64,000 nucleotides of DNA, taken from positions 1 to 64,000 of IMG/VR virus record IMGVR_UViG_3300015244_001400. One strand, written 5' to 3'. The notes under the pieces are model-generated. The model did no database searches. It saw nothing but the letters and a program-made list of their open reading frames with translations, and was not told the origin of the DNA. Positions 43,801 through 54,000 of this stretch are shown here, piece by piece (the first letter of the stretch is position 1; every line of letters begins with the position of its first letter). The DNA comes from a virus (lineage: Duplodnaviria; Caudoviricetes). Made by a program: the position numbers and the translations under genes.

Positions 43801-44914
43801 CTTTTGTGACCCTACTAGTACCTCTAACTTAGTTGGATTAACAGTAACTAACACAATCAGTGGTAATATAACAGGAAATTCAGGTACTGTATCTAGTATT
43901 ACAAACATAACAGGATTAATGGTTAACAAGTTAGCTGCTCCTGCACTGATTGATACACTTACAACTGCTAACTTTAGAAGTACTTTATTTGGGACAACAG
44001 CTAATGGTTATCAAATATCAGCAGCTAGATGGAATACAACACCAGCACCTTTAGGAGGTTTAGGCTCTTATGGTACTATGCTTTCTTGGTCAGGTAGTGA
44101 TACGCATGGTTTTATAGCTATGGATTATTCTGCAGCTGCCCTTAGAGTTGGAGGAGGAAATGCAAACAATATTAACTGGACTAGACAAGTAATTATAGAA
44201 GACACTTGGGTAAATAGTAAGTATCTTGCATCAGATGGAAGATTCTATGGTACTATATACTATGATGCAAATGATTCTGCATACTGGGTAGATCCTGCCA
44301 GTTCAACAACTTCTGCAAATTTTCTTTCTAAGATAACTATACAAGGAGGTTCTAATAGCAATACTACTATAGCACAAGCTGTTAATAGTTATGGAAGTCC
44401 TTCTTTAAGTGCTTACTATGGGACTTTATATAGCTCTAATATATTTTATGCTGGAAATCCTACAGGTACAGCTTATAATGTATATGGAGCTGATGCTCAA
44501 TTTTATACTTACTATGATAGAAATAATACTGCTTATTACTTTGATGGTAGTAACACAGGAGATTCTATTAGAGTTGCAGGAGACATTGTAGCTTACTATT
44601 CTGATGACAGATTAAAAGATAGAAAAGGAAATATTGAAAATGCAATAGAAAAAGTTTTATCTTTGAATGGTTTTTACTATGAGGCAAATCAAAAAGCTCA
44701 AGAGTTAGGATACAAAAAGAAAATGGAAATAGGGGTATCTGCTCAAGAAGTAGAGGCTATTCTTCCTGAATTAATAAAGGATGCTCCTATAGGACAAGGT
44801 TATAAGACTTTAGACTATGGAAGATTAACACCTTTATTAATTGAAGCTATTAAAGAGCAACAAAAACAAATTGAAGAATTAAAAGAATTAGTAAATAAAT
44901 TAATCACTAAATAA
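40802..44914 (+). CDS. Long tail fibre/spike with a C-terminal intramolecular chaperone (peptidase S74)
   Basis: YSDDRLKD...IGVSAQEVEAILPEL...LDYGRLTPLLIEAIKEQ coiled-coil end; internal repeats. Confidence 0.88.
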   Translation: MSQKFKSEVELQALNAATTDTDKFLVSDGGIIKFRTGAEMLSDLGVAPGVASNIQHQVKAGVAINKGQAVYVSSADGTNMIVSLASNATEATSSKTMGLLADTVAINGFSNVIAEGLLAGLDTSTAVAGDPVWLGTGGNLIYGLANKPYAPAHLVFIGIVTRVNVNNGEIFVKVQNGFELDELHDVDVKSLTPVSGHLLGFNGNLWVNKTIAGWLGYTPANSVHNHDDRYYTETESDSRFVNVTGDTMTGTLQINGSWATTILDGDNVVVRKPNYPSGGWARALLNFQEYTGTSLYQIGAYGSANTYTYGYLGVGYNDTVIKWYPNKEVIFDNVIKAPTFSDSNNTAYYLDPAAMSNIHNITATSFIKSGGTSAQILAADGSVITAGTNITISGGVISSTGGASYTLPTATSTVLGGIELFSDTVQTVAANTVSTTASRTYGLQLNAAGQAVVNVPWVDTNTVYTHPAYTTRSIDTSGAQVIDIFTSDAIGSVTNITTRTMTLGDLGYTGATNANYYVLPFTDNSANWNTAYSWGNHAGLYASSSHTHTFDSLTAKTSGTGTYQTTGEFIQNNGKYVRDSYYRTISGRSDLYSGGSEGWYTAAQVTLTSNCSGAVLYGTLNDHRYNGADSYQIAVVARAECDFDTNNQSHYVNVGCTILGSTNYTNYRSKIRVVLTTSTTNNRTYQLQFFETAWNNDTWQLETNGWTIYNSPQTASAQVGTPLVNYVSNQNADYQRANTATYSPIFYDNDNTAYYLNPNGTSNLYIVNATYYLVTPTIYSGGGSVSFGNDVQLSGNYLRFDENGVRSWNQRATGGNLVLNSGDGNGNLVVNGNAIIHSGNIGSQSVSYATSAGNADTLDGLHASSFLTSYSETDTLLTVTGRGNTTTTQIGAVNFFDTNVGTYNVNLGSGGSEGRGLVAGYSGGSYGGIGYNVRHTTTGGNWIAPGTDTSTYLLFTAGGFSFLGAGAGAAGRTLSYTTLGSLNSGGLYVPIMYDSNNTGYFCDPTSTSNLVGLTVTNTISGNITGNSGTVSSITNITGLMVNKLAAPALIDTLTTANFRSTLFGTTANGYQISAARWNTTPAPLGGLGSYGTMLSWSGSDTHGFIAMDYSAAALRVGGGNANNINWTRQVIIEDTWVNSKYLASDGRFYGTIYYDANDSAYWVDPASSTTSANFLSKITIQGGSNSNTTIAQAVNSYGSPSLSAYYGTLYSSNIFYAGNPTGTAYNVYGADAQFYTYYDRNNTAYYFDGSNTGDSIRVAGDIVAYYSDDRLKDRKGNIENAIEKVLSLNGFYYEANQKAQELGYKKKMEIGVSAQEVEAILPELIKDAPIGQGYKTLDYGRLTPLLIEAIKEQQKQIEELKELVNKLITK

Positions 44915-44922
44915 CAAACAAA

Positions 44923-45294
44923 ATGGAATACACTTGGAAAATCACAGGAGTGAAAACAATGGATACTGATAGTGTTGAAAATGCTATTGTCCAAACTTAT
45001 TGGGAAAAAACTGGTACTGATGCTGAAGGTAATGAAGGCAAATTTACAGGGGCTACCCCATTTCCTAAATCTAGTATTGACCCTGATAAATTTGTCTCTT
45101 TTGACAAACTAACAGAAGAAGTAGTATTAGGATGGATTAAAGATGTTGTAATAGGTTCTTATGAAGAACATGTTAACAGTCAAATTCAAAAACAAATTGA
45201 TGCTAAAATAATCAAACAACCTTCTTTGCCTTGGGCACCTGAAGAAGTTGTAGAACCTATTATAGAACCAGTTGTACTAACTACAGAAGAGTAA
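44923..45294 (+). CDS. Tail fibre-associated protein
   Basis: YTWKI...FVSFDKLTEEVVLGWI...LPW pattern, directly after an S74-bearing fibre. Confidence 0.55.
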   Translation: MEYTWKITGVKTMDTDSVENAIVQTYWEKTGTDAEGNEGKFTGATPFPKSSIDPDKFVSFDKLTEEVVLGWIKDVVIGSYEEHVNSQIQKQIDAKIIKQPSLPWAPEEVVEPIIEPVVLTTEE

Positions 45295-45300
45295 TAAGTT

Positions 45301-45717
45301 ATGCCTTTACCTGGTAGTGGACAATTAAGCTTTTCAGCAATAGCAGGTGAGTTAGGTGTATCTCTTAGTAATGTATCTCTAAGAAATATGTCTAGCTCAG
45401 CTAGCTTTTCTACACCTGATAGGGTCAGTGATTTTTATGGTTACACTTCAGGAGGAAGTGTTACTTATACTTACTTTAATTCTTACTATGCAGGAGACCC
45501 TTGTAACTATGATTACTGGGATATTTACTTAGGGAGTGATGGAGTATACTACAGGTTTGATGGGACATATTATGACCCTATGTATAATTATACAGATTTT
45601 TGGTATGAGTTCTTATATTATGAACCAGGTTTTGGAGCTAATGTTTACAATGTTTGGGAAATAAACATCCCTTCAACAACATTAACAGATCAAGGATATG
45701 CTTTAAGCTACTGTTAA
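45301..45717 (+). CDS. Small fibre-tip/adhesin-like protein
   Basis: MPLPGSGQLSFSAIAGELG N-terminus of the type seen in distal fibre proteins; Tyr-rich C-terminus. Confidence 0.5.
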   Translation: MPLPGSGQLSFSAIAGELGVSLSNVSLRNMSSSASFSTPDRVSDFYGYTSGGSVTYTYFNSYYAGDPCNYDYWDIYLGSDGVYYRFDGTYYDPMYNYTDFWYEFLYYEPGFGANVYNVWEINIPSTTLTDQGYALSYC

Positions 45718-45727
45718 AAAATAAGAT

Positions 45728-46243
45728 ATGGTTTATAATATAGAATCTTACTACGTTAATGAAGACTTTGCTACAGAACTGTTGGTAGAATTTCAAGAGA
45801 ATTTTACAACAGGAGATAGAGCAATGGTCTATTATCATTTGAGAAATTTAAATAGTGTGACAGGAGCTTATTTTATGTCTCAAGATTACTATGTAGAATT
45901 ACCTTATAAAATCTTATTTGAAGATAAGATGATTATTACAGGGAACAAGTTTCAAGATTTAATGTCAGGAGCAGTATCTGCATTAGATATAGTTTTAGCA
46001 GAAAGACCTGACATAAGATTTAAAAAGAAAAAAGGAGTTATTCTTTTAGATGCTTGTTTTGGTAGTGAGTTAGGTGTGTTTTATCTAGATGCTCCTTCTT
46101 TTCTAGATTCTACTTTTATCTACACAGATGCTGCACTAACAAAGAAGTTTGAATATTTTGGAATAATCTCAGACAATGAATATTTTAGTGAATACAACTC
46201 TAAGAATGGATTGCAAGGATTAAAGCCTTGTGATTTTAGATAA
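45728..46243 (+). CDS. Hypothetical protein
   Basis: In-operon ORF. Confidence 0.7.
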   Translation: MVYNIESYYVNEDFATELLVEFQENFTTGDRAMVYYHLRNLNSVTGAYFMSQDYYVELPYKILFEDKMIITGNKFQDLMSGAVSALDIVLAERPDIRFKKKKGVILLDACFGSELGVFYLDAPSFLDSTFIYTDAALTKKFEYFGIISDNEYFSEYNSKNGLQGLKPCDFR

Positions 46244-46309
46244 TTATATTTGTTTTAAATAAAACAAAATTTGTACATTTGTAAATCATTTAACATAAAA
46301 AAAGAAAAT

Positions 46310-46576
46310 ATGGAAAGTCAAGTTCAAGAAGTAAACAAAATCTCAGAAGAAGAATTGGAAAATGCAAGAGCATTACAAAATGTAATTGCTTCTACTCATC
46401 AGAAAATTGGAGATTTAGAATTAGCTAAAATGGATTTATTGTATGAAGCTAACACTCACAGAGAGAGTTTAAAAAAACTAGGTGCAGACTTAGAAGCTAA
46501 GTATGGTAGAATCACTATTAATTTGGGTACAGGAGAGTACTCTTTAATTCAAGAAGGAGATGGCAGTAAAGTCTAA
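46310..46576 (+). CDS. Small coiled-coil protein (ATG at 46310 preferred)
   Basis: KISEEELE...LEAKYGRITINLGTGEY; TACATTTG -7-like box at 46274. Confidence 0.7.
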   Translation: MESQVQEVNKISEEELENARALQNVIASTHQKIGDLELAKMDLLYEANTHRESLKKLGADLEAKYGRITINLGTGEYSLIQEGDGSKV

Positions 46577-46697
46577 CTCAACAACTTTTGAGCCAAGGCC
46601 AAAAGTAAAAAGACCAGGTGTTCACTCTAAAAGTAAAACCTCTAAATTAAAAACGTCTAAAAGTTATAAAAAACTTTATAAAGGACAAGGAAGATAA
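46560..46697 (+). CDS. Small, highly basic peptide, 45 aa (MAVKSNS...KSYKKLYKGQGR)
   Basis: Not in the ORF track; Lys/Arg-rich, ends KKLYKGQGR. Confidence 0.7.
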   Translation: MAVKSNSTTFEPRPKVKRPGVHSKSKTSKLKTSKSYKKLYKGQGR

Positions 46698-46732
46698 GAA
46701 TTTTTTTACCTATTTTTGTAAAGACTTAAATC

Positions 46733-47317
46733 ATGGAAAAGTCATTGAAGATTTTATTAATATTAAAAATAAGTGTTATGGAGTGGATAACCCTATACAG
46801 TAAGTATTTTTTTAAACTAGGACTTAGTTTAAAGACAATGGGATCTAGTCCCGCAGGCATTATTACAGGAACTTCTGTAGTAGCCATTTCTGTTTTATCC
46901 TCAGTACAAAAAGCACTGTTGTTATTATTACTATTCTTCATCCTGGACTTTATCACAGGCATTTTAGCTTCTTGGAAAGAGAAGAGAGAAAATGAAAAGA
47001 CCAAACCTGAACTTAAAGAAGAGTCTCTTATCTCTTCAGACAAACTAAAACTTTCTGCTGTAAAAGCTTTTACCTATGCTAGTGCTATATTAGGAGTATG
47101 GGGAATAGAGAAAGTGTTTTTCATTAGAACTTTTAAGTTTGATAATGTAAGTACAGAAGGTCTAACTATCACTTTAATTTTTATTGGCTTTTGTTGTGCT
47201 ATAGAGTTCTATTCAATTGTGTTTGAGAACTTTAAAAGAATGGGCTTTGACATAGCTAAGAGGTTTATCCAAGTAGTTAAGAATACAAAAAAGATTATCT
47301 TTCAAGTAGAAAAATAA
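46733..47317 (+). CDS. Holin (phage_holin_4-like)
   Basis: Several TM segments; FILDFITGILAS...ISSDKLKLSAVK...IEFYSIVFENF. Confidence 0.75.
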   Translation: MEKSLKILLILKISVMEWITLYSKYFFKLGLSLKTMGSSPAGIITGTSVVAISVLSSVQKALLLLLLFFILDFITGILASWKEKRENEKTKPELKEESLISSDKLKLSAVKAFTYASAILGVWGIEKVFFIRTFKFDNVSTEGLTITLIFIGFCCAIEFYSIVFENFKRMGFDIAKRFIQVVKNTKKIIFQVEK

Positions 47318-47339
47318 AATAATTCCATATCTTTGTGAT

Positions 47340-48050
47340 ATGGAATTATTAAATAAATTGACACAGCCTTTTAGTAACTTGACTTTTGAAGAAAAAAAGC
47401 ACAAGTACTTTGTAGAGGGACAACCTATAAAGAGTTCAGTCTCAGGGTTAATATCAAAATTTTATGAGCACTTTGATGCTCAAGCAGTAGCTCCTTTCTC
47501 AGCTAGAAAGTTAGGAATCACTACTGAAGAAGTCTTAAAACAATGGGCTGACATAAATCAAGAATCTAGAGATAGAGGACACAGAGTGCATAACTTTGGA
47601 GAACTCTACCAATTTGACAGAAGCTTAAAACCTTCTTGTCCTCAAGAGGAAGCTATTGTTGCCTTCTGGAAAAGTTTGCCAGAACACATTATTCCAGTAG
47701 CTGCTGAACTTAGGATGTACCACTTTCAATATCTATTTGCAGGTACAGCAGACATCATTCTATTTGACACTAAAAATCAGACATATATAATTGCAGATTA
47801 CAAGACTAACAAAGACTTGTTTAAAAATTTTAAGGGAAAGACTATGTTGGCCCCTTTTACTGCTTTATTAGATTGTCCTTTAAATCACTATGTGGTACAA
47901 CTTTCTTATTATCAAATACTCTTAGAGCAAATAGGAGTAAGGGTAACTAAGAGAGTTATTATATGGTTAGCTTTAAATGGTGAGTTTACCTGTATCAATA
48001 CAGAAGATGTATCAGGTATTCTAAAAGAAACTTTAAAACAACAACAATGA
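47340..48050 (+). CDS. PD-(D/E)XK nuclease
   Basis: RGHRVH, AELRMY...AGTADII...IADYKTN...YVVQLSYY. Confidence 0.85.
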   Translation: MELLNKLTQPFSNLTFEEKKHKYFVEGQPIKSSVSGLISKFYEHFDAQAVAPFSARKLGITTEEVLKQWADINQESRDRGHRVHNFGELYQFDRSLKPSCPQEEAIVAFWKSLPEHIIPVAAELRMYHFQYLFAGTADIILFDTKNQTYIIADYKTNKDLFKNFKGKTMLAPFTALLDCPLNHYVVQLSYYQILLEQIGVRVTKRVIIWLALNGEFTCINTEDVSGILKETLKQQQ

Positions 48051-48733
48051 GAATATCTGAAGTAATAGAAAGAATCCAGTCTCTTTATTCTAGAGGGGTT
48101 TCTAGTGATGAGTCTAGGCTATCTGACAGACATGTTTATAATAAAGCATTAACTGTAAGAATGCAACTTCTTTCTCAGCAATTGAAAAAGAAACAAAGAC
48201 TAAGTGATTGGAACTATACAGTAATGCCTTGTGTAGAATTAATAAAAGTTCCTAATCATGAGTGTCCTTGTCTAGGAGATTTAGGTTGTGATGTATATAG
48301 AACTAAATTTAAAATACCAAGAGTATTGACAGATTCTAATAGACACTATATTGAATATGTAATGTCTATAGAGAATGGAATGAGAATAGAAGAAATTACA
48401 AGACAAGGTGTTCTATATTTAAAAGGAAACAAGTATACAGGTCTTAAGCCTAAGTATTTATTTGAAAATGGTTATTTGTATTTTCCTTTAAAGAAAAATC
48501 CAGGTATAGTAAAGATTAAACTTCTTGCTGAGGATCCTTTAGAGGCACACCATTATCCTTCTATTTGTGAAGAATGTCCTGAGTGTTTAGATTGTCTTCC
48601 AACTTTTGAACATACCTTTGATATTGATGGGGATTTAATTGACCCATTAATTGGTATTTGTGTTCAAGAAATTATTAGTATCTTTGGGCAAGAAACAGGA
48701 GGTGCTCAAAGACCTGAAGGAAATAATAAATAA
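48047..48733 (+). CDS. Tail ring/tubular-type structural protein
   Basis: Tail-module position; ENGYLYF...EDPLEA pattern; Cys clusters. Confidence 0.5.
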   Translation: MRISEVIERIQSLYSRGVSSDESRLSDRHVYNKALTVRMQLLSQQLKKKQRLSDWNYTVMPCVELIKVPNHECPCLGDLGCDVYRTKFKIPRVLTDSNRHYIEYVMSIENGMRIEEITRQGVLYLKGNKYTGLKPKYLFENGYLYFPLKKNPGIVKIKLLAEDPLEAHHYPSICEECPECLDCLPTFEHTFDIDGDLIDPLIGICVQEIISIFGQETGGAQRPEGNNK

Positions 48734-49206
48734 TGCAAAAGACAAACTTAAATATAAGAAGTTCTTACAAAAGGTACTCTAAAGAGATAGAGAATCCTGT
48801 AGAGTTGAAACCTTTTCTTGAGATAGCTAATGGCTATATGAAATTCTTAATGAATAAAGCAGTTGAAGGAGAAGAAGTAACTATGCCAGTAAAGCTAGGT
48901 ACTCTTTTCATACAAGGAGTAAAGAAAAGTTTGAAGTTTAATAAAGATGGTATTCCTTTGCTGCCTCCTAATTGGGGAAAAACAAAACAGCTTTGGGATA
49001 GGAATCCTGAAGCAAAGGCTACAAAGAAAATAGTCTATTGCCTTAATGAAGAAACTGATGGAGTAGTTTATAAGCTGCATTGGTCTAAGAATAGAGTCCC
49101 AATAGAGAATAAACTTTATTACAATTTTATCTTAACCAGAGATAATAAAAGGACTATCAACAAGCAAATAAAACAAGGTAAAGAATATTTAATTAAATCC
49201 CAATAA
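48733..49206 (+). CDS. Second HU/IHF-like protein
   Basis: VEGEEVTMPVKLGTLFIQGVK; basic. Confidence 0.55.
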   Translation: MQKTNLNIRSSYKRYSKEIENPVELKPFLEIANGYMKFLMNKAVEGEEVTMPVKLGTLFIQGVKKSLKFNKDGIPLLPPNWGKTKQLWDRNPEAKATKKIVYCLNEETDGVVYKLHWSKNRVPIENKLYYNFILTRDNKRTINKQIKQGKEYLIKSQ

Positions 49207-49207
49207 T

Positions 49208-49483
49208 ATGGCAACAGAATTATTAAAATCAGCAAGTCTTGAAAAGAAAAAAGACTTTGTTCTTCCTAAAGGAGGAACTATTATTAGTAAAGAAGTAAGA
49301 TTAAATGTAGAAGAAATTGAAAATGGTTTCTTACTTAGAAAGTCTTATGACATTAAATGGACTAATGCAGAATCTGAAAATAGCAATTATGAATACTTTA
49401 CAAGAACTTGGTTCTCTAAAGATAATCCAATTGAAATTAATATGCCTGAAGATTCAAAATCATTAGCAGACAAATTAGACTAA
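49208..49483 (+). CDS. Hypothetical protein
   Basis: In-operon ORF. Confidence 0.7.
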   Translation: MATELLKSASLEKKKDFVLPKGGTIISKEVRLNVEEIENGFLLRKSYDIKWTNAESENSNYEYFTRTWFSKDNPIEINMPEDSKSLADKLD

Positions 49484-49503
49484 CCAATTAAAAATAGAAT
49501 AAG

Positions 49504-50013
49504 ATGAACCCACAAATATTAGGGGCTATAGATAGCCTAGAAAAAAAAGTTGCAGACTTATATCATAAACTTAAGTCAAATACAGGGACAGTACCAACTC
49601 AAGCAGGGATTTTAAAAAGTGCTCAAATTACAATCACTTCTTCTGAAATCTTAAGTTCTTCAGGTTTTTCAAAACTATTAGTAAGTTCTGTACCTGGTAA
49701 AGTGTTAATACCTGTTTCTGTTAATGCTTATAGAAAAGCAGGAGGGACAGCTTATTCTATTTCAAATTCAGTAAGACTATTTAGTAGTAGTAGTGCTGGC
49801 TCTTCATCAATTGGAAATGGGACATTAGATTCTGTTTTTCAAAGTCCTTCACCACAAACAACTATTGCTCCAGTATCTACTTCTAATTTTTCTCTTATAG
49901 TAGGGAATAGTTTGTATGTAGCTTCTAATAGTCTAGTAATGCCAAGTGTAATAACTGGAGGAACTGGAGATTTAATTGTGTGTGTTACATACACAGAAGT
50001 TGATGCTGCTTAA
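49504..50013 (+). CDS. Putative structural protein (Ser-rich beta domain)
   Basis: N-terminal short coiled coil followed by a beta-rich domain. Confidence 0.5.
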   Translation: MNPQILGAIDSLEKKVADLYHKLKSNTGTVPTQAGILKSAQITITSSEILSSSGFSKLLVSSVPGKVLIPVSVNAYRKAGGTAYSISNSVRLFSSSSAGSSSIGNGTLDSVFQSPSPQTTIAPVSTSNFSLIVGNSLYVASNSLVMPSVITGGTGDLIVCVTYTEVDAA

Positions 50014-50054
50014 TTATTTAAGTGTCTTCTTTATAATATTTAAACTAAACTAAG

Positions 50055-51077
50055 ATGAACCAAAGATTTCAATATGTTACAGTAGATACTATCCTATCCA
50101 AGTATCTAAGAGACTTCAGGGGTGTAGAACTCAATGAAGATGAAGCTATTGAGTGGATAGGAGAAGCACTGGGATTCATGCAAATGGCATCTGCTTCTGA
50201 AGAGGCTATAGCTTTCCTTGAAGTTAAAAACTATCAAGCAGCTTTGCCTAATGGTTTACATTACATTATACAGGTTGCTAAAAGTAACTCATGGGCTCCA
50301 ACACAGCCTGAGACTTGCACACCAGAAGTAATTGTTCAGGACTTGGTTCCTGTAACAGACCCAGACCCCCTAGCTTGCTATGGGGGTTGGACTTCTAATT
50401 TAGTTGCTGTAGATGCTAAAGGAGATTTAATTGGAGATCAAGAAATAGCTTACTACAGACCTTACTTTGATTTACAATATGAATACTTAGGTTGGGCTCA
50501 ATCTAAATTATTTAGAACAAAGTTTACTCCTGTTAGATTAGCTAACCATACTTTCTTTAATACTTTAGTATGTCAAACAGAAGAAAATTCAGGTTTGTAT
50601 GGAAACAGTAATGCTACAGGAAAAGATGAGTACACTATTGTAGGTGACCAACTTAGATTTAGTTTCCAAGAAGGGTATGTAGCAGTAGCTTATTTAAGAC
50701 AAAGAGTAGATCATGAAACTGGATATCCTATGGTTCCAGATGATGAGTCTGCTAAAGCTGCTATTACTTATTACTTAGGTTGGAAAACTAAAGAAAGAGA
50801 AGCTTGGAATCACAGAGAAGGTGCTATGCAATTAGCTCAAGTAGCTGAAGCAAGATGGTTAAAATATATTAAGCAGTTCAAGAACAAAGCTAAGATGCCT
50901 TGGGGAACTGATGATTATGAAGACCTTATGGAGCAATCCAATTACTTAATACCAAGAACAAAAAGATACTATGGTTTCTTTGGTAAACTTGGTCAAGCTG
51001 AAGATAGGTCTTTTAATGACCCTGACTCTACAAACAAATATAGATATACATCAGGTAACTCAGCTTATATGAGATAA
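50055..51077 (+). CDS. Tail tubular protein (P22 gp4-like ring)
   Basis: EWIGEAL...LPNGL...EYTIVGDQL...GYPMVPDDES; directly before the stabilisation gene. Confidence 0.65.
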   Translation: MNQRFQYVTVDTILSKYLRDFRGVELNEDEAIEWIGEALGFMQMASASEEAIAFLEVKNYQAALPNGLHYIIQVAKSNSWAPTQPETCTPEVIVQDLVPVTDPDPLACYGGWTSNLVAVDAKGDLIGDQEIAYYRPYFDLQYEYLGWAQSKLFRTKFTPVRLANHTFFNTLVCQTEENSGLYGNSNATGKDEYTIVGDQLRFSFQEGYVAVAYLRQRVDHETGYPMVPDDESAKAAITYYLGWKTKEREAWNHREGAMQLAQVAEARWLKYIKQFKNKAKMPWGTDDYEDLMEQSNYLIPRTKRYYGFFGKLGQAEDRSFNDPDSTNKYRYTSGNSAYMR

Positions 51078-51079
51078 TT

Positions 51080-54000
51080 ATGGCTCAAGAAAAACAACAA
51101 GGAGGAATTAGTGTAAACATTCCTGGAGGATTAAATACAGACTCTTCTTTAGTAAATCAACCTGAAGGTACAACTAGATTTGTATTTACAGGAGTAAATG
51201 AAACTAAAGAAGGTGATTATGGTTTTATTGCAAATGAGGAGTCTAACCAAGAGTGTTATGATCTTACTGCTGCTAATATACTAGGCTCTGGGTATGTCCC
51301 TATTGGCAAAGTTTATATTGGGGATGAAAATAATGCAATCTTTTTAGCTAATCCTAATAAAAACTCTGCTATTATTATAGTAGATAAAAACTGTAAGGTA
51401 ATAGTTTCTTTTAGTGACAAGAATCAAACAGAAAAAATGGGGTTCAAAATAGGACAACAAATTGATGCAACTTTCAGATTAAGAAGAGGTTGTGAAAGAG
51501 TTGTTTATTGGGTTGACCCTAAACCTAGAATGTTCATCTTTGATAAAGAAGAGGAATTCAAGGACCCTGTAACAGGAGCTTGGGATATTTCTAAGTTTGG
51601 ATTGTTTAAAACTTACAAAAAGATTCCTGCTGTACAAGATATAGAAGTTGTAGATGGTGGAGGGGTTTTACCTCCAGGATCTTACAATTTTTCTGTTCAA
51701 TACCTTGATGAGGATTTTAATCCTACTGAGTTTGTTACAAGTACTGAAACTGTTGTAATATATAATACTCCTTCTACCTCTACTTATAGAGAAAAGAGAG
51801 GGGCAACTATGCAAAAGAATGATTCTTATTTAAACTTTGAGAATAGTAATAAAGCTATTAAGATAGTTTTTGACCCTACTTCTTTAGATACTACTTTTCC
51901 TTTTTATAGGTTAGCTATTACAGAAGCAAATACAGGGCAAGGTTTAGTTAGTGATACTAAATATACTTCTGAGATTTCTACAAGAAATACTACTTTCTAT
52001 TATACAGGTCTTAACTTTGAAAGCACAGGAACTCAAGCTGAGGTAACTATGTTCAATAGTATTATTGAAAAAGCTGAGAGTATAGAACAAATTGAAAATA
52101 GATTAATTCTTGGAAATGTAAAAGGTAAAGAAATAAACTTTTGTAGACTGCAAAAGTATGCAAGTAAAATCAATACGGATTTAATTACTAAAACAGTTGT
52201 AGTCTCTACTACTGATAAGAGTAATGCTAAAGATCCTGCTGCCCATTTTAATGGTATAGGGTATATGCCAGGAGAGATTTACTCTCTAGCTATTGTATAT
52301 ATTTTTGCAGATAACACAACTTCTCCTGCTTTTCATATACCAGGAAAAAGTCACAATGTTACTAACAACCACATGTTTACAGCAGGACCTACTGTGTACC
52401 CTATGAGTAATGTAAACAATGCTTGTACAGATACAAGATACATTGATAATAACACTTGTGGTACAGATCTTTTTTGGGGAATAGATTCTCAAGGAGATTC
52501 ATTAACTAATGAAGCTGTAAGACATCACAGATTTCCTTTAAGAACAGATTATAATATTCCTTTTGTTACTAAGGTTCCTGCAGCTGCTGCACTTACCTTT
52601 GTAAAGAATCTTGCTATAAATGTAAGTAAGACAGGAGCAATATGCCCTACAGAATGTCCTACTACAGAGCCTCCAGCAGGATGTACACCTACATTAGGTA
52701 ACTTTGGTTCTCCTGTAGAATTTGGTGCTTATACATATAGTGTAAACTATACTGAAGACTCTACCCCTGGAATTCTTTCTAGTGTTATTGACCCTCAACA
52801 ATATGTAGTAACTGTAGGAGATAATACAACTCAAAATGTTAGTTATAATGCTAACTCTGGAAACTTGTATGGTGCTTCCATTGTAATTACAGACATTGAA
52901 GAAACTTTTGATTATCCTACTGCTCCTAATACAGTATCTATGACAGGACCTACTTTAGATCCTATTACAGGCATGTATAAATATACAGGGACATCTACTG
53001 CAACAAGTATGACTTACTCTATTACAATAGGCATAGGAACTCAAGATGCTTCAGACCCTTTATATTCTGCAGAAATTTTTGGACTTAACTTTTCTAATAT
53101 CCACAGACCTTCTTTATTAGATACTAATGGAGAAGAAATTGTTGGATACTATATTGTAAGACAAGAAAGAAAAGAATCAGACAGAACTATTGTAGATAGT
53201 GCTGTACTTACTTCAACTACTAAAGAGAAAAACTTTGTAGCTCAAGGTTTATTGTTTCCACAATATGCTAATCCTGGAGAACAAGCTGCAAAAATTAAAA
53301 AAGATACTTTAGGTTTAATTTATCCTGAACATAAGTTTAATGATAGAAAATATTCTACTTTTAGTAAAATAGTTCAACAAGGTAAATTTACCAAAATAAA
53401 TGCTATTGCAAGTAGAACTAAGATTAGAGATGTAGCTGATGGTAGTGGATATGTAGATGGAAAACATAAAGATGGAGAAAGAGATGATGATGGTTTTACT
53501 ATTCAAATTAAGACTAGAGACAATATTACTAACTTTGCTAATCAAAATAAATTTACTTTAGATAGTACTAATATTAAAGAGTTGTATTACTTATCTGCAT
53601 TAGAAGATAAGTTAACTCAAGATAGTGCAAACACAGGAGTAGATGTATTTAATTTAGCATGTGATAACAAAGTAGGTATTATCCAATTAAAACAAAACTA
53701 CACTTTTAATACTGTATCAAGTTTACCTTATGTTTATTTGTACAGAGATATTTTAGAACCTTATTCTAATTTTAGATTGACACCTTACTATAAGGAAAGT
53801 AGAAACCCTGAAACTTTTGACCCTATTACAAATACAAGTACTGTTGCTATTTGGAATGGAGACAGTTACATCAGTTCTATTAGATATGTAAACAGTGTTT
53901 ACTTTGATACTAGAATGAAAAAGAGAGCAGGTAAAACTTCTGTTTGGAATTATATTATTGCTGCTATATTAGTAGTAGTAGCTGTAGTAGTAACTATTTT

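Noticed and set aside
39385-45717. Diversity-generating retroelement acting on the tail fibres
   Set aside because: No reverse transcriptase in the window and no TR/VR repeat pair with adenine-only mismatches seen
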